Positions 28,700-38,200 of a stretch of DNA of 64,000 nt are shown here, in pieces; within the stretch, counting starts at the first letter, position 1, and every line of letters begins with the position of its first letter. Position numbers and translations under genes: made by a program. Origin of the DNA: Thermodesulfovibrionia bacterium (GTDB taxonomy: Bacteria; Nitrospirota; Thermodesulfovibrionia; UBA6902); NCBI GenBank assembly GCA_030646035.1, contig JAUSMY010000030.1, forward strand, positions 46,434-110,433. The letters are read 5' to 3'. The notes beneath the pieces were generated by a model, which saw only the letters and a list, made by a program, of their open reading frames with translations, made no database searches and had not been told where the DNA came from.

Positions 28700-30045
28700 T
28701 TTGACTCCAGCTCAATTATGAAATCCCTCTGCTTGGGGGTCAGCTCATGTTTTATTATTGAGATGCCCTTTAATTTAGTAATAGAGTCTATGAACTCCTG
28801 ATAATAGGTATATTTCTGAAAACCTTCCTTGTCATCATCATCACCTTCATTAACAAGCCCTGCAATACTTATATTCAGTTTATCTCCGTTTATCTTCATA
28901 GTAATATTGCCTATACTTACGTTCTTCGTATTTGCATCAGCAAACGAAGTTAAAAAGTTTTTGATTACAGGCATCGCGGCGGTCTTGCTGCTTGATTCAA
29001 TAAATCCCTTGTAGCTTTCAAATTCTGTTTTTCTCTTGTTATACATAGCCAAAGTATTTTTATCCATGCCGGTGATCTCTTTCTTTAAAGAGTTCAGCTT
29101 CGCTTTTGAACTCAAAACATTAACAACCGAGTAACCTGCATAGAGCCCGCCTGCAAGTGAGATCATGAAAAAGGCGATAGCAGAATACCGGAATAATTTC
29201 CATGTTGAATAAAAACTCTTATAGTCTTTAGGGGAGACGTTTACTTCCTTTAAAGCATTGCGTGCTGATATGGCAAAAATAAAATCAAGGTAGACATCAT
29301 TTTGTACTTTGAGGTTATTGGGCTTAAGAGGGCATACGATGGGAATATCTATCTGCGTCGTCGCGTTATAATTCCCGCATAGATTACCTACCAGTACTAT
29401 ATAAGAGGGACTGGCCTTAAGTACCTGCTTGCAGTAATTAACAGTTACATTAATACTCTGTATATCTGCGTCGCTTATCCCATTTTCACTTGCCTGCACA
29501 GACCTGACAAACTCTATCTTGCCGTTCTTTATTAAAAAAAGCACCCTGCTCTGTCCGGATTCTGATACACATAAGACACAGTCATCTTCAAAATGCATTT
29601 CAGATGCAACTGAATAGATATGAGGGTAAATAGCCTTGACCAGCTTCTTCTTCTCTATAAACCTCTCGGTAATATTCTTTACATCTTCAGTCTTTACAAC
29701 ATAGACCGCAATCTCCTGCATCTTTCTGTTCCCTTCAAGCTTTTCACCAACAACCCTGTAGGTATAGGTGAAGTCCTCAAAAGGGGATTTCTGTTTGATC
29801 TCGGATTCGATCAGGCTCTTTGCATACTTGGCTTTTACAGGCGGGATAAGGAATATGTCCTGAAATGCGTCTTTGAAGTTATTTACAACTATGAACTCTT
29901 TAGCCTTCTCTTTTTCGAGAAAGCTGTCGAAATCCTCTTTCTTGCATGTGAGGGCGTCATTAACTACAACCTGCTTACCCTTTTTTGAGATATAGGCAAC
30001 CTTGACAATGTCCCCCTCAAAGCTGACTATCACATTTTTTCCCAT
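28696..30045 (-). CDS. PilM-PilN-like fusion (MshI-like) pilus assembly protein
   Basis: About 280 aa cytoplasmic actin-like N-terminal part, one TM segment (YSAIAFFMISLAGGLYAGYSVV) and a periplasmic C-terminal part. First gene of the assembly operon, after an AT-rich intergenic region. Confidence 0.6.
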   Translation of the reverse strand: MGKNVIVSFEGDIVKVAYISKKGKQVVVNDALTCKKEDFDSFLEKEKAKEFIVVNNFKDAFQDIFLIPPVKAKYAKSLIESEIKQKSPFEDFTYTYRVVGEKLEGNRKMQEIAVYVVKTEDVKNITERFIEKKKLVKAIYPHIYSVASEMHFEDDCVLCVSESGQSRVLFLIKNGKIEFVRSVQASENGISDADIQSINVTVNYCKQVLKASPSYIVLVGNLCGNYNATTQIDIPIVCPLKPNNLKVQNDVYLDFIFAISARNALKEVNVSPKDYKSFYSTWKLFRYSAIAFFMISLAGGLYAGYSVVNVLSSKAKLNSLKKEITGMDKNTLAMYNKRKTEFESYKGFIESSSKTAAMPVIKNFLTSFADANTKNVSIGNITMKINGDKLNISIAGLVNEGDDDDKEGFQKYTYYQEFIDSITKLKGISIIKHELTPKQRDFIIELESK

Positions 30046-30257
30046 AAATCCCCTAAGAAAGACGAACTAAATAATAATATCCGCAGCAATTAATTAAAAT
30101 TATAATTCATATTTAACGACAAAACAAATAGTTTTAAAATATATTACAAAATATATATATAACTTATTATGTTAATTACAAAAATTATGTATTAAATAAT
30201 GAAGTATGTCAAGAGGCAAATCAATAAATTCCATATGCAAATTGAGAACCCTGTCGC

Positions 30258-31793
30258 TTAGGAGCGCTTCCTCTTGTAAATAGAATGATCATCACTAATC
30301 ACCTTTACTAATCTGTATTGTTTCTCCAACTCAATAAAAAGCATCTTTCTGAAGTCATCATCCGGAGTCGGCCAGCTGCCATCCTTATATACAATAAATT
30401 CAGGTTTTTTTAAGAGTATCTTCTGCAGCTCTTTCTCATCTGTGGCTTCAGGGCCGTCTATGACCTTCAACATATAATCATATTTTATAATGTTTGTTGG
30501 ATGCACATATTTGGTAGGCATCCTGCTATCAGTCAGAAAATAGACAATATGACAGTTATTGAGCATGTATATATATTTACCTTTGACATACTCTTTGTTT
30601 AGATATTCTGCAATTTTATAGCAGGTATCATCCTCTAACGGCTGACGAAGCATAACTTTTGAAGCAATCTCCCTGTAAAGAGGGGAAACATGCTTATGCA
30701 ATGAAAATATCAGACCGGCTGCAATAACAAAAACAGCAATAAATCTTACTGCCATCACTCTTCCCACACCGCTTGAGAACCAAAAGGATATGGCAACCCC
30801 GCAGACCAGAGCCATTATAGGTGTTATCAGCCCCAGATAGTGATAACCAAAAATAGTTCCGGTATAAAAGATCGAAAAAACCTGCGCAAGAAAAATTATC
30901 AGCATAGCAGCCACAGCCCTCTTAATATCCTTGTTCTTCTGAAAAAAGAAGATCGATAAAATTCCATGTGGGAAACATATCCACAAAAGTATATTGCCGT
31001 CTGCAAACTCCCGCTTGATATTTGTAAATAACAATTCGAACTTTCTATATATCGAAGTGCTCTCGCTCACATGCGCAATTGCCACTGAGATATTAGTATT
31101 TATAAAAAGCCGCAGTTCACCGTTTAGAACGTAATAAACAATCACTGCAAAAACAGGAACAAAAATCCCTGATATCAGAAAAAAGCATCTCTTGAAACGC
31201 TCCGAAATATCTGTGTCGGGCATTGTAATGCCCGTTAAAAATACTGCCAGAACAGCCAGGCTGTCAAAGGCCATATTCTGCCTCATAAGGATCCCGGCAC
31301 CAAGTATCAAGCCGGTCACAAAGGCCATTTTATTATCAAGTTTCCTGGTTAATACTACCAATAATATAAGTGAGGTAGGCACAAGCATAAGATGCTCTAT
31401 CATGATGCTCAATCCCCATTTTCTTGCACTGACAAAGACTATAAGAAATATTGCGGCAATAACCCCTGCTGTTTTATTATAAAGTGCTTCCCCGGCCATG
31501 TATAAGAGTACAGAAGCAAGGAAAATAAAGAGCATTCCTCCCAATCTTACCGCAAAAATAGTCTTGCCGAAAAAATAAATGAACATTGAGTAAATGGAAT
31601 ATGCAAAAGGCGGTTTATTATCCCATGCCTCAACATACGGGATATTGCCGTCAAGGATGCTCTGCCCCATAAGTATAAATGTGCTTTCGTCCCAGTCAAA
31701 GACAGAATAAAAAAAAGACGGGAGCCTGATAATGATTACCAGAAGAAAGAGAAAGCCAACAATAATAAAGTCGTTTTTTTTATCTTTGTTCAT
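30258..31793 (-). CDS. GT-C fold glycosyltransferase (ArnT/PMT_2-like, GT39/GT83-type)
   Basis: Polytopic membrane protein with a first-loop FDWDESTF acidic motif typical of ArnT/PMT-type enzymes. Soluble C-terminal domain. Confidence 0.7.
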   Translation of the reverse strand: MNKDKKNDFIIVGFLFLLVIIIRLPSFFYSVFDWDESTFILMGQSILDGNIPYVEAWDNKPPFAYSIYSMFIYFFGKTIFAVRLGGMLFIFLASVLLYMAGEALYNKTAGVIAAIFLIVFVSARKWGLSIMIEHLMLVPTSLILLVVLTRKLDNKMAFVTGLILGAGILMRQNMAFDSLAVLAVFLTGITMPDTDISERFKRCFFLISGIFVPVFAVIVYYVLNGELRLFINTNISVAIAHVSESTSIYRKFELLFTNIKREFADGNILLWICFPHGILSIFFFQKNKDIKRAVAAMLIIFLAQVFSIFYTGTIFGYHYLGLITPIMALVCGVAISFWFSSGVGRVMAVRFIAVFVIAAGLIFSLHKHVSPLYREIASKVMLRQPLEDDTCYKIAEYLNKEYVKGKYIYMLNNCHIVYFLTDSRMPTKYVHPTNIIKYDYMLKVIDGPEATDEKELQKILLKKPEFIVYKDGSWPTPDDDFRKMLFIELEKQYRLVKVISDDHSIYKRKRS

Positions 31794-31826
31794 AGAGAGA
31801 CGGCAGATATATATTTTAAAAAGCTC

Positions 31827-33338
31827 TTACTGTTTTATCTTATCGTCCTGCTTGGATTGCGGCTTATCATTTTTCGGAGACAGTTTAAACACATATCCTC
31901 CGGAGTCCTCAAATACCTTTGTTGCAATGGGATCATCTGTCAGTCTTTTATATAAAGAATCATGATCTTTATCGAGAAAGACATACCTGGAGTTGAACTC
32001 CTCGATGATAAGCCTGCCCGGTTCATACTTTTGCCCCTTTGTTATCTTCCTGTAGAGTGCTGATTTATCCTTGTCATATGAATAGAGATACATGGGGTCC
32101 AGCCCAACTATATAATAATTTTTACTGTTGTAGAAAAAGAGGAACGGAAAGTCATCCCAGTCAGCATTAAATACTATATCGCCTGCTGAGGTGTTCTTCT
32201 CGAGCCACTTTGCCGAGCCCATATAGTTTTCAGGGCTTGTGGATGTACTGCTTTCGCTGACAGCTTCTTTGAAATTATAGTTCATCAATGGCAGTAAAAG
32301 AATAAATCCTGCAAGGATAAACTTCCAGGAGACCCTGCGCCCGACCACAAGGGATGCGGAAAGAAATGCAAATACAGGCCAGTATTCGACAAACCGCCTT
32401 GACTTGAACGTCATGAAGAGAAAGAGCAGGCTGAGACAGACAGAGGCATACTCCTCACGTTTAATATTTTTTATCATAGGCAGGAAAAGGATCGTCAGCG
32501 GGAATACCAGAAAGACAGGGAGGGAGTTTCTGACAAAATCCCAGGTCTGGTAAGGCTTCCATTCGCTTCCAAGCTGTATTCCAGAAGGATTTTCAAGGAA
32601 TGTGCGTGAAATATTATAGATAAGAGAAGTTACATTGCCGGGGAAGTAAGGGTTTATGACAAGGCCTGTAACTATCCCCAGAAGCGTCATGTAAAATATC
32701 TTCATATCCGGCCTCTTCTCTACCAGCCATCCTGAAACAATGAAGACAAGCGAAAAGATGATGAGAAGAGGGAATGCGTCATACAGCCAGACAAAGAGGA
32801 CAGAGCTGATATATATGAGCAGATATTGCCTCTTCATACAGAAGAGGAATATCAGAAGTAAGGCTGCAAGCGACAGGCTCTGCACCCTCAATAGCGACAT
32901 CCTGAAGAGAAAGGGATGTGATGACATGATTGCGGCAAAGCTCCATAATGACGGGAGTCTTACTCCGGCAGAGTTCAAGAGGATATACAGGGAAAGCCCC
33001 ATGAACGAAGCAAATAACACTGTGGCATACTTGCCGCCGAGCATAAGATTCCCATATGTGAATGGAACTATTAGATAGTGGAAGAGCAGGTGATGGTCTC
33101 TGTACGCGTCTTTGTGGATAGTATACTGAAGCCATGGAAGCTTTTCTATATACCCTTTTTCAGCAAGGATGGCGCTGTACTTGATGTGAAAGAAGCCGTC
33201 ATAACCTACAAGCCACGGGACTGAGAACTGGATATAAAAAAAGATATAGAACGTAATGATAAAAAAGAATAACGACTTAATAAAAAATGGCGTCTCTTTA
33301 AAAAGATTCATCTTTGAACAGTAGTTCCTGATTTCCAT
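31827..33338 (-). CDS. polytopic membrane protein, probable GT-C-like glycosyltransferase
   Basis: More than 10 TM segments, an early loop motif GYDGFFH, and a soluble C-terminal domain of about 130 aa. Architecture parallels the adjacent GT-C gene. Family not recognised with certainty. Confidence 0.45.
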   Translation of the reverse strand: MEIRNYCSKMNLFKETPFFIKSLFFFIITFYIFFYIQFSVPWLVGYDGFFHIKYSAILAEKGYIEKLPWLQYTIHKDAYRDHHLLFHYLIVPFTYGNLMLGGKYATVLFASFMGLSLYILLNSAGVRLPSLWSFAAIMSSHPFLFRMSLLRVQSLSLAALLLIFLFCMKRQYLLIYISSVLFVWLYDAFPLLIIFSLVFIVSGWLVEKRPDMKIFYMTLLGIVTGLVINPYFPGNVTSLIYNISRTFLENPSGIQLGSEWKPYQTWDFVRNSLPVFLVFPLTILFLPMIKNIKREEYASVCLSLLFLFMTFKSRRFVEYWPVFAFLSASLVVGRRVSWKFILAGFILLLPLMNYNFKEAVSESSTSTSPENYMGSAKWLEKNTSAGDIVFNADWDDFPFLFFYNSKNYYIVGLDPMYLYSYDKDKSALYRKITKGQKYEPGRLIIEEFNSRYVFLDKDHDSLYKRLTDDPIATKVFEDSGGYVFKLSPKNDKPQSKQDDKIKQ

Positions 33339-33394
33339 AATATGAGTAAAACGCTTACGTTATTATAACAGCACTTTTTGGAATTAGAAGCAGA

Positions 33395-36220
33395 CTAAAG
33401 AAATTTTAAAGGCTTCTTGTCCTCAGGGTCCACTACCAGTTCTCTTTTAAAGAAAGCCTTGGCATCAGCCGTGTCTCCGGCTCCTATGCTTGCAAGCCCG
33501 GCATAGTAATTTGCATCGTCATACTGTGGGTCCCTCTCCAGACATCTCCTGAACCATTTGAGCGAGTCAGCATAGGCTTTTTGTTTGTAATAAGTCCGTC
33601 CCAACCAAAACATGGTGTCAGCATTGTCCGGATTGATCTTAAGAGCTTCATTGAAGAGCAGTATGGCTTCATCATACTTGCCCTGCCAGTAGACGGCCTT
33701 AGCGATCCTGTGCCTTATTTTATAGTAGCCGGGGTCATCATTAAGAATTTCCCTGAGCACAGCTTCTTCTTCAGCGTACATATCGAAACTCATAAGCCAT
33801 TTCGCCAGGCTGTTTTTTCTGTCTGATGACGGAAATTCAGAAGCCGCCTGCCGGTAGCTTGAAAGAATGTGCGACGGGAACTGCTCCTGAAACCCTTCAA
33901 CATGCCTCTCTGCCATTTTATAAAAGACGCGGCTGTAAGGGAATTCACGGTCGACCTGATAATAATAGGTGACCAGGTCATACCAGTCAATTGGCGATCC
34001 GGTAAAGATATTTCGTTCTGCCTTATCTGCCGAATAGTTACCAATGATACTATCCACAAATCTTTTGATGCCGCGGTGTTTCAGCCTTGATACCTCAAAT
34101 TCAAGCTCGGGAAGGTCCAGGGTGTTCAGCGGCGCCTTAGAGCCGGCAGAGATATGATCAAAGGCGTTTGCAGAAACAAAAGCATACCTCAATGTCTTAA
34201 TATCAATACTGTGTTCGCGCAGAAAGAAGTCCTTAAGCCCTTTATTGGAGAATACCTTCTCCTCCTGGCGCAGTTTCAAAGGTTCATCAGAGCAGAGGAG
34301 CAGAAAATATGACGGCTTCATTATCGCCACCCAGCAGTATTTGAACTCAGAGCTAAGGCTCTTCAGGATTATATCCATGCCTTTGTCACCCACTCTGGAA
34401 TCAAGCCATGTCGTGTATATCCCTCCCTTTTTCAGCTTTGTCTTGACATCCCGGAAAAAATCAACTGTATAGAGTTTGCTCGAGCTGAAGTAGAGCGGGG
34501 AGGTGACTGTGTTCAGGATAAGGTCATATTTTTTGTCTGTGATCTTTGTATACCGTATCCCGTCATCGCTTATGATATTGACATTCTTTCTCGAAGCAAT
34601 ATCAAAATTATGCATGCTCAACATCGGCTGTTTCTCTATGATAATAGAGCTTATCTCCACCACATCAAGATGGTCAAATATCTGTCCGACCGTTCCTGCC
34701 GTAGCCCCGCTTCCGAGGCCGAGTACCATCGCGCTATCAGTCGAATGTGACGGAAGGCTTGAGAGTACACCGACTATATATTCAGCCGCTGAGTTAAGCG
34801 CGATACTGGTGAAACCGTTAATAAAGAAGAATTCCTGGCCGTCCATCCTGTTTATCGCAAAGGTCTCATCATATTTCTTAAACCTCTTTCCGCTTTCATA
34901 GGACTTGAGCTCTTTTTCATACCTGTTTTTAGATGTGAATGAGAGGTAGTCCAGATACAGGATGTCCTCATTCCAGAAGGTATGAAGCAGAAACACACCT
35001 GCAAGAGCTGCTGCACAAACAACAGCCGCAGCCTTTTTTGCCTGCCATTTTGTAATTAAAAACGCTGCTGACAGCATAAATATTATCATGACGATTATCT
35101 GGCCGTACTCAAAATTAGGGTGTATGACAAGCACCATCAAAAGATACCCTGCGGCATTGGCAAGGCTCGAGACAAAGAGCAGATGCCCCGACTCCTTGGC
35201 AACGTTCTCCTCCTGTTTTATAAGGGAAGGGATGGCAGCGCCGAAGCATATGGTGCCGGGCCCCATTATCAGAAAGAGTATTATTATCTTCCAGAGAAGA
35301 GGAGAAAATGAGTTAAACAGGCTGAAATAAGCAGCATACAATTTCACAAAATACGAAAAGCCCGGTATCAGTAAGGTCAGATACAGCAGGTTGAAGAAAA
35401 GAAGCGCGGCAAAACTTATATTGAATTTACGGCCGAGCAATGTGCCGAAAGCGATGCCGAACAAGACCACCCCCAGTACCATTGCAAAGGTCTCATTGAA
35501 CGGGCCGAAGATAAACTCCGCGATCTTAAGCCCCAAAAGCTGGAATACTGCGCTCGCTATGCTCAGGATTATCAGCGGAAGGATCACTCTCAGAGGATAT
35601 GCCACCTCTTCCATCCGGCCGATCTGCGGAACAATATGCCTGCGCCTCAGAAAAAGCGCGAGGCCGATTATAAGATTGAACTCACCTATTAAAAATGCCG
35701 TGTTCCTGATGCCGAGATGTCTTATAAGATAAAATTCTATAACTATGGCGGTCACAGCCGCGCCAAAGTTGTAGATCATGTAAGTTATCGCAAAGACATT
35801 TCCTTTTCGAAGGTGTTTCAGGTATGCAGAGAACAAAGGCAGGCTCACGCCAACGAGGCAGGCAGGAATAGCAAGAAGGATACTGGATGCCAGAACGCTC
35901 ATGCCTATGGAATTGGCAGGCAGGACATTATAAAGGAATGCCTCAATACCCGGTGTTAATAAAGTAAATCCTATTGCATAAAAACCTATGCAGATCTCAA
36001 CCGCCCATAGATAGCGCGATATCCTGTGAGCCAGTTTGGTTCCGATGCCGATACCAAGAAGAAATGTGAGCAGAAGCGACGCGTTGACTATGAAATGGTC
36101 GCCTATCAGGTTCCCCAGCATGCGGGAGTAGATAACTTCATAGGAAATTCCGCAAAAGCCGGAGAGGAATAGCGTTACTCCGATTATCAGAATATCAGAT
36201 CTGTTTGAGATTTTAGACAT
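33395..36220 (-). CDS. fused polytopic membrane domain / spermidine synthase-like (aminopropyl- or methyltransferase fold) / TPR protein
   Basis: About 400 aa of TM segments, then VLGLGSGATAGTV ... VVEIS ... YDLILNTVTSP ... LYTVDFF ... LKKGGIY (SpeE-like Rossmann fold), then C-terminal TPR repeats (AILLFNEALKINPDNADTMFWLGRTYYKQ). Confidence 0.7.
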   Translation of the reverse strand: MSKISNRSDILIIGVTLFLSGFCGISYEVIYSRMLGNLIGDHFIVNASLLLTFLLGIGIGTKLAHRISRYLWAVEICIGFYAIGFTLLTPGIEAFLYNVLPANSIGMSVLASSILLAIPACLVGVSLPLFSAYLKHLRKGNVFAITYMIYNFGAAVTAIVIEFYLIRHLGIRNTAFLIGEFNLIIGLALFLRRRHIVPQIGRMEEVAYPLRVILPLIILSIASAVFQLLGLKIAEFIFGPFNETFAMVLGVVLFGIAFGTLLGRKFNISFAALLFFNLLYLTLLIPGFSYFVKLYAAYFSLFNSFSPLLWKIIILFLIMGPGTICFGAAIPSLIKQEENVAKESGHLLFVSSLANAAGYLLMVLVIHPNFEYGQIIVMIIFMLSAAFLITKWQAKKAAAVVCAAALAGVFLLHTFWNEDILYLDYLSFTSKNRYEKELKSYESGKRFKKYDETFAINRMDGQEFFFINGFTSIALNSAAEYIVGVLSSLPSHSTDSAMVLGLGSGATAGTVGQIFDHLDVVEISSIIIEKQPMLSMHNFDIASRKNVNIISDDGIRYTKITDKKYDLILNTVTSPLYFSSSKLYTVDFFRDVKTKLKKGGIYTTWLDSRVGDKGMDIILKSLSSEFKYCWVAIMKPSYFLLLCSDEPLKLRQEEKVFSNKGLKDFFLREHSIDIKTLRYAFVSANAFDHISAGSKAPLNTLDLPELEFEVSRLKHRGIKRFVDSIIGNYSADKAERNIFTGSPIDWYDLVTYYYQVDREFPYSRVFYKMAERHVEGFQEQFPSHILSSYRQAASEFPSSDRKNSLAKWLMSFDMYAEEEAVLREILNDDPGYYKIRHRIAKAVYWQGKYDEAILLFNEALKINPDNADTMFWLGRTYYKQKAYADSLKWFRRCLERDPQYDDANYYAGLASIGAGDTADAKAFFKRELVVDPEDKKPLKFL

Positions 36221-36251
36221 AATTGAAGTTCATGATAAAAGATTACTGCCT

Positions 36252-36288
36252 AAAAAACAACCCCGCTCAGTTTTTGAGCGGGGTTGTT
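36252..36288 (-). terminator. rho-independent terminator after the last giant pilin gene
   Basis: Stem acaaccccgctca / tgagcggggttgt. On the minus strand it is followed by a T6 run. Confidence 0.75.
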
Positions 36289-36334
36289 AAATTGATCCAA
36301 TACTATGTGAGAGACCCGCAGGCCTCAGACAATG

Positions 36335-37855
36335 TTAATGCTGGCTATTGTCATTGTCATAGGCATCTTTACCGTCACACCATCCGTCTCCATCTTTATC
36401 AGACGGTGTACTGTTGGAATTGCTTATACCGTCTTTGCTGCCGCCACTGCAATCGTATTCATCTTTATCACTATAATTGTCATTGTCCTTATCGCCGTCA
36501 ATAACTACGATACCTGAATCACATGCGCCGAGCGGATCGCCATGCCCTGTATGTTCTGCAAGGTCAGCTACATCGATCTGCAGATCACTTCCGGTACACA
36601 CAGGGGCGGCGCAGACTTCTTCACTCCACTCAACACAACCGTCATAACCATAGGCACCATTGTCATTAGCATTAAGGTTAGAGTTGCCGTTTTCATTACC
36701 GTTGCCGTTGGCATTGGAATTGCCGTTAGAGTCTTTATCCCAGCTGTTAGAGTTGCCATTCATATTACCGTTGCCGTTAGAGTTAGAGTTATCAGACGGG
36801 CATGTGTAAGTTACGGTCTCACATGAAGTCGTGCATGTCTGGTGGCAGACATACACATCAGGAGTACCCGCTGCTTCCTCCGGATCTTCAGCGATCTCAG
36901 CAGTTAGCTCCACTGGTATACATGAAGGATCAAGCGTTGTGACTAATGATTTAGATGCTATATTGCCGTCAGCGTCATGGACATAGAATGTCAGGTTATA
37001 AGAGTCATTCCCAACACTTGGGTCTGCCTCGATTTTAATATTATTAGCTAATACCCATGTCCCTGTCCCTGTAGAGGTTGCGGCATCCCAAGTGCAGGAT
37101 GCAGAAGCAGCAAGGATGTCAGAATCATTGTCGCTGTATTTAAATTTTAAGCCGGTGATGCTGCTTTCCTGTCTGCACCATTGATAATTTCCCACCCCGC
37201 CATCGGCGTATATGGTTGCCTTGTATACCATAGATAAATTGTCTTCCGATTTCCCGCATGTAGGAAGTTCATTATTAAGTATCTTCAGCGGCGCTCCGGT
37301 ACAGCCCGCCTTCACCCTGAGTTCATTGAGAGAGACCCATTTGACAACGTCATCATAAACCATGTCATTATAAAGCCCACCGGGATCTTTAATAACAGTA
37401 CCCTTAGGATAAACCTTGACACCAGCCTCATCCGTCTGCTTTTTCAAGTCCTCACCTTTACTGAAAACAACAAGGGCAATATTTGGAATCGTAACACTAC
37501 GAGAAGGAGAACATTCCTGATCGAAACAGCTTGTTACTTCCATATCAGTTTTGCTCTCGTTGCAGATATCAACTGGATTCATATTAGCGGCACGGAAGAT
37601 AAGATCATTCCCCCAGATATCTTCAGAAGTTGTCACCACTGCTTTAAATTCATCAGGCAACTCATGCTCTATCGCAACATAGCCTACTATTGAGTCCACT
37701 GCCGCCTTAACTATCTTGTCGGTCTCGTTGATTTTAGCCCTGCCGAGCATCGGAGCTAACATCTTTATCCCGACCGCCAGAAGAACACCCATAACCACAA
37801 AGACTATTGCCAATTCAACCAGTGAAAATCCTTTCTCTTTTTTTAAAGTACTCAT
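36335..37855 (-). CDS. giant type IV pilin-like protein (506 aa) with Asn/Gly/Ser repeats and Asp-rich C-terminus
   Basis: The class III signal MSTLKKEKG/FSLVELAIVFVVMGVLLAVGI is present. The body is paralogous to the four upstream genes. The C-terminal part contains NSNSNGNGNMNGNSNS...NGNSNANGNGNENGNSN and DKDGDGWCDGKDAYDND. Confidence 0.85.
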   Translation of the reverse strand: MSTLKKEKGFSLVELAIVFVVMGVLLAVGIKMLAPMLGRAKINETDKIVKAAVDSIVGYVAIEHELPDEFKAVVTTSEDIWGNDLIFRAANMNPVDICNESKTDMEVTSCFDQECSPSRSVTIPNIALVVFSKGEDLKKQTDEAGVKVYPKGTVIKDPGGLYNDMVYDDVVKWVSLNELRVKAGCTGAPLKILNNELPTCGKSEDNLSMVYKATIYADGGVGNYQWCRQESSITGLKFKYSDNDSDILAASASCTWDAATSTGTGTWVLANNIKIEADPSVGNDSYNLTFYVHDADGNIASKSLVTTLDPSCIPVELTAEIAEDPEEAAGTPDVYVCHQTCTTSCETVTYTCPSDNSNSNGNGNMNGNSNSWDKDSNGNSNANGNGNENGNSNLNANDNGAYGYDGCVEWSEEVCAAPVCTGSDLQIDVADLAEHTGHGDPLGACDSGIVVIDGDKDNDNYSDKDEYDCSGGSKDGISNSNSTPSDKDGDGWCDGKDAYDNDNSQH

Positions 37856-38143
37856 AATAACCTCCTTATTTACCTTCTCAAATATGTCAATTGTTATTGA
37901 TGAAATAACTATTTTGTAATATACAAAGCAATTTTCATACCCAATAAAATAATTTACTTATTTTAAAATATATTTTAATCAAACCAAGCTAACCTGCTGT
38001 AAAATATGTTTTTTCTACACATACCAGCATGAAGGCATCTGCTTTATTGAATGATTTCATTATCTACTCAGTATTAACCCCTATATTCATGGGTGAAATA
38101 ACCCTATTTCGTGATTTAATGATAACAGATTAAGAGGATTAAA

Positions 38144-38160
38144 CAACTGTCTAAGAATTA
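38144..38160 (-). promoter_or_regulatory. copy of the recurrent pilin-locus motif (minus strand TAATTCTTAGACAGTTG)
   Basis: Plus strand caactgtctaagaatta matches 53244-53260 exactly. Lies in the 345-bp intergenic region upstream of the 506-aa pilin gene. Confidence 0.4.
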
Positions 38161-38200
38161 GACATCTTTACTTAAAGGCAATTCCTAAAAATACAAAACA

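Noticed and set aside
36223-36826. Cys/His/Arg-rich and Val/Ile-rich plus-strand ORFs (36223-36504, 36332-36517, 36542-36826).
   Set aside because: They are antisense to the low-complexity Asn/Gly/Ser/Asp-coding 3' end of the 506-aa pilin gene and overlap its terminator. No independent signals.
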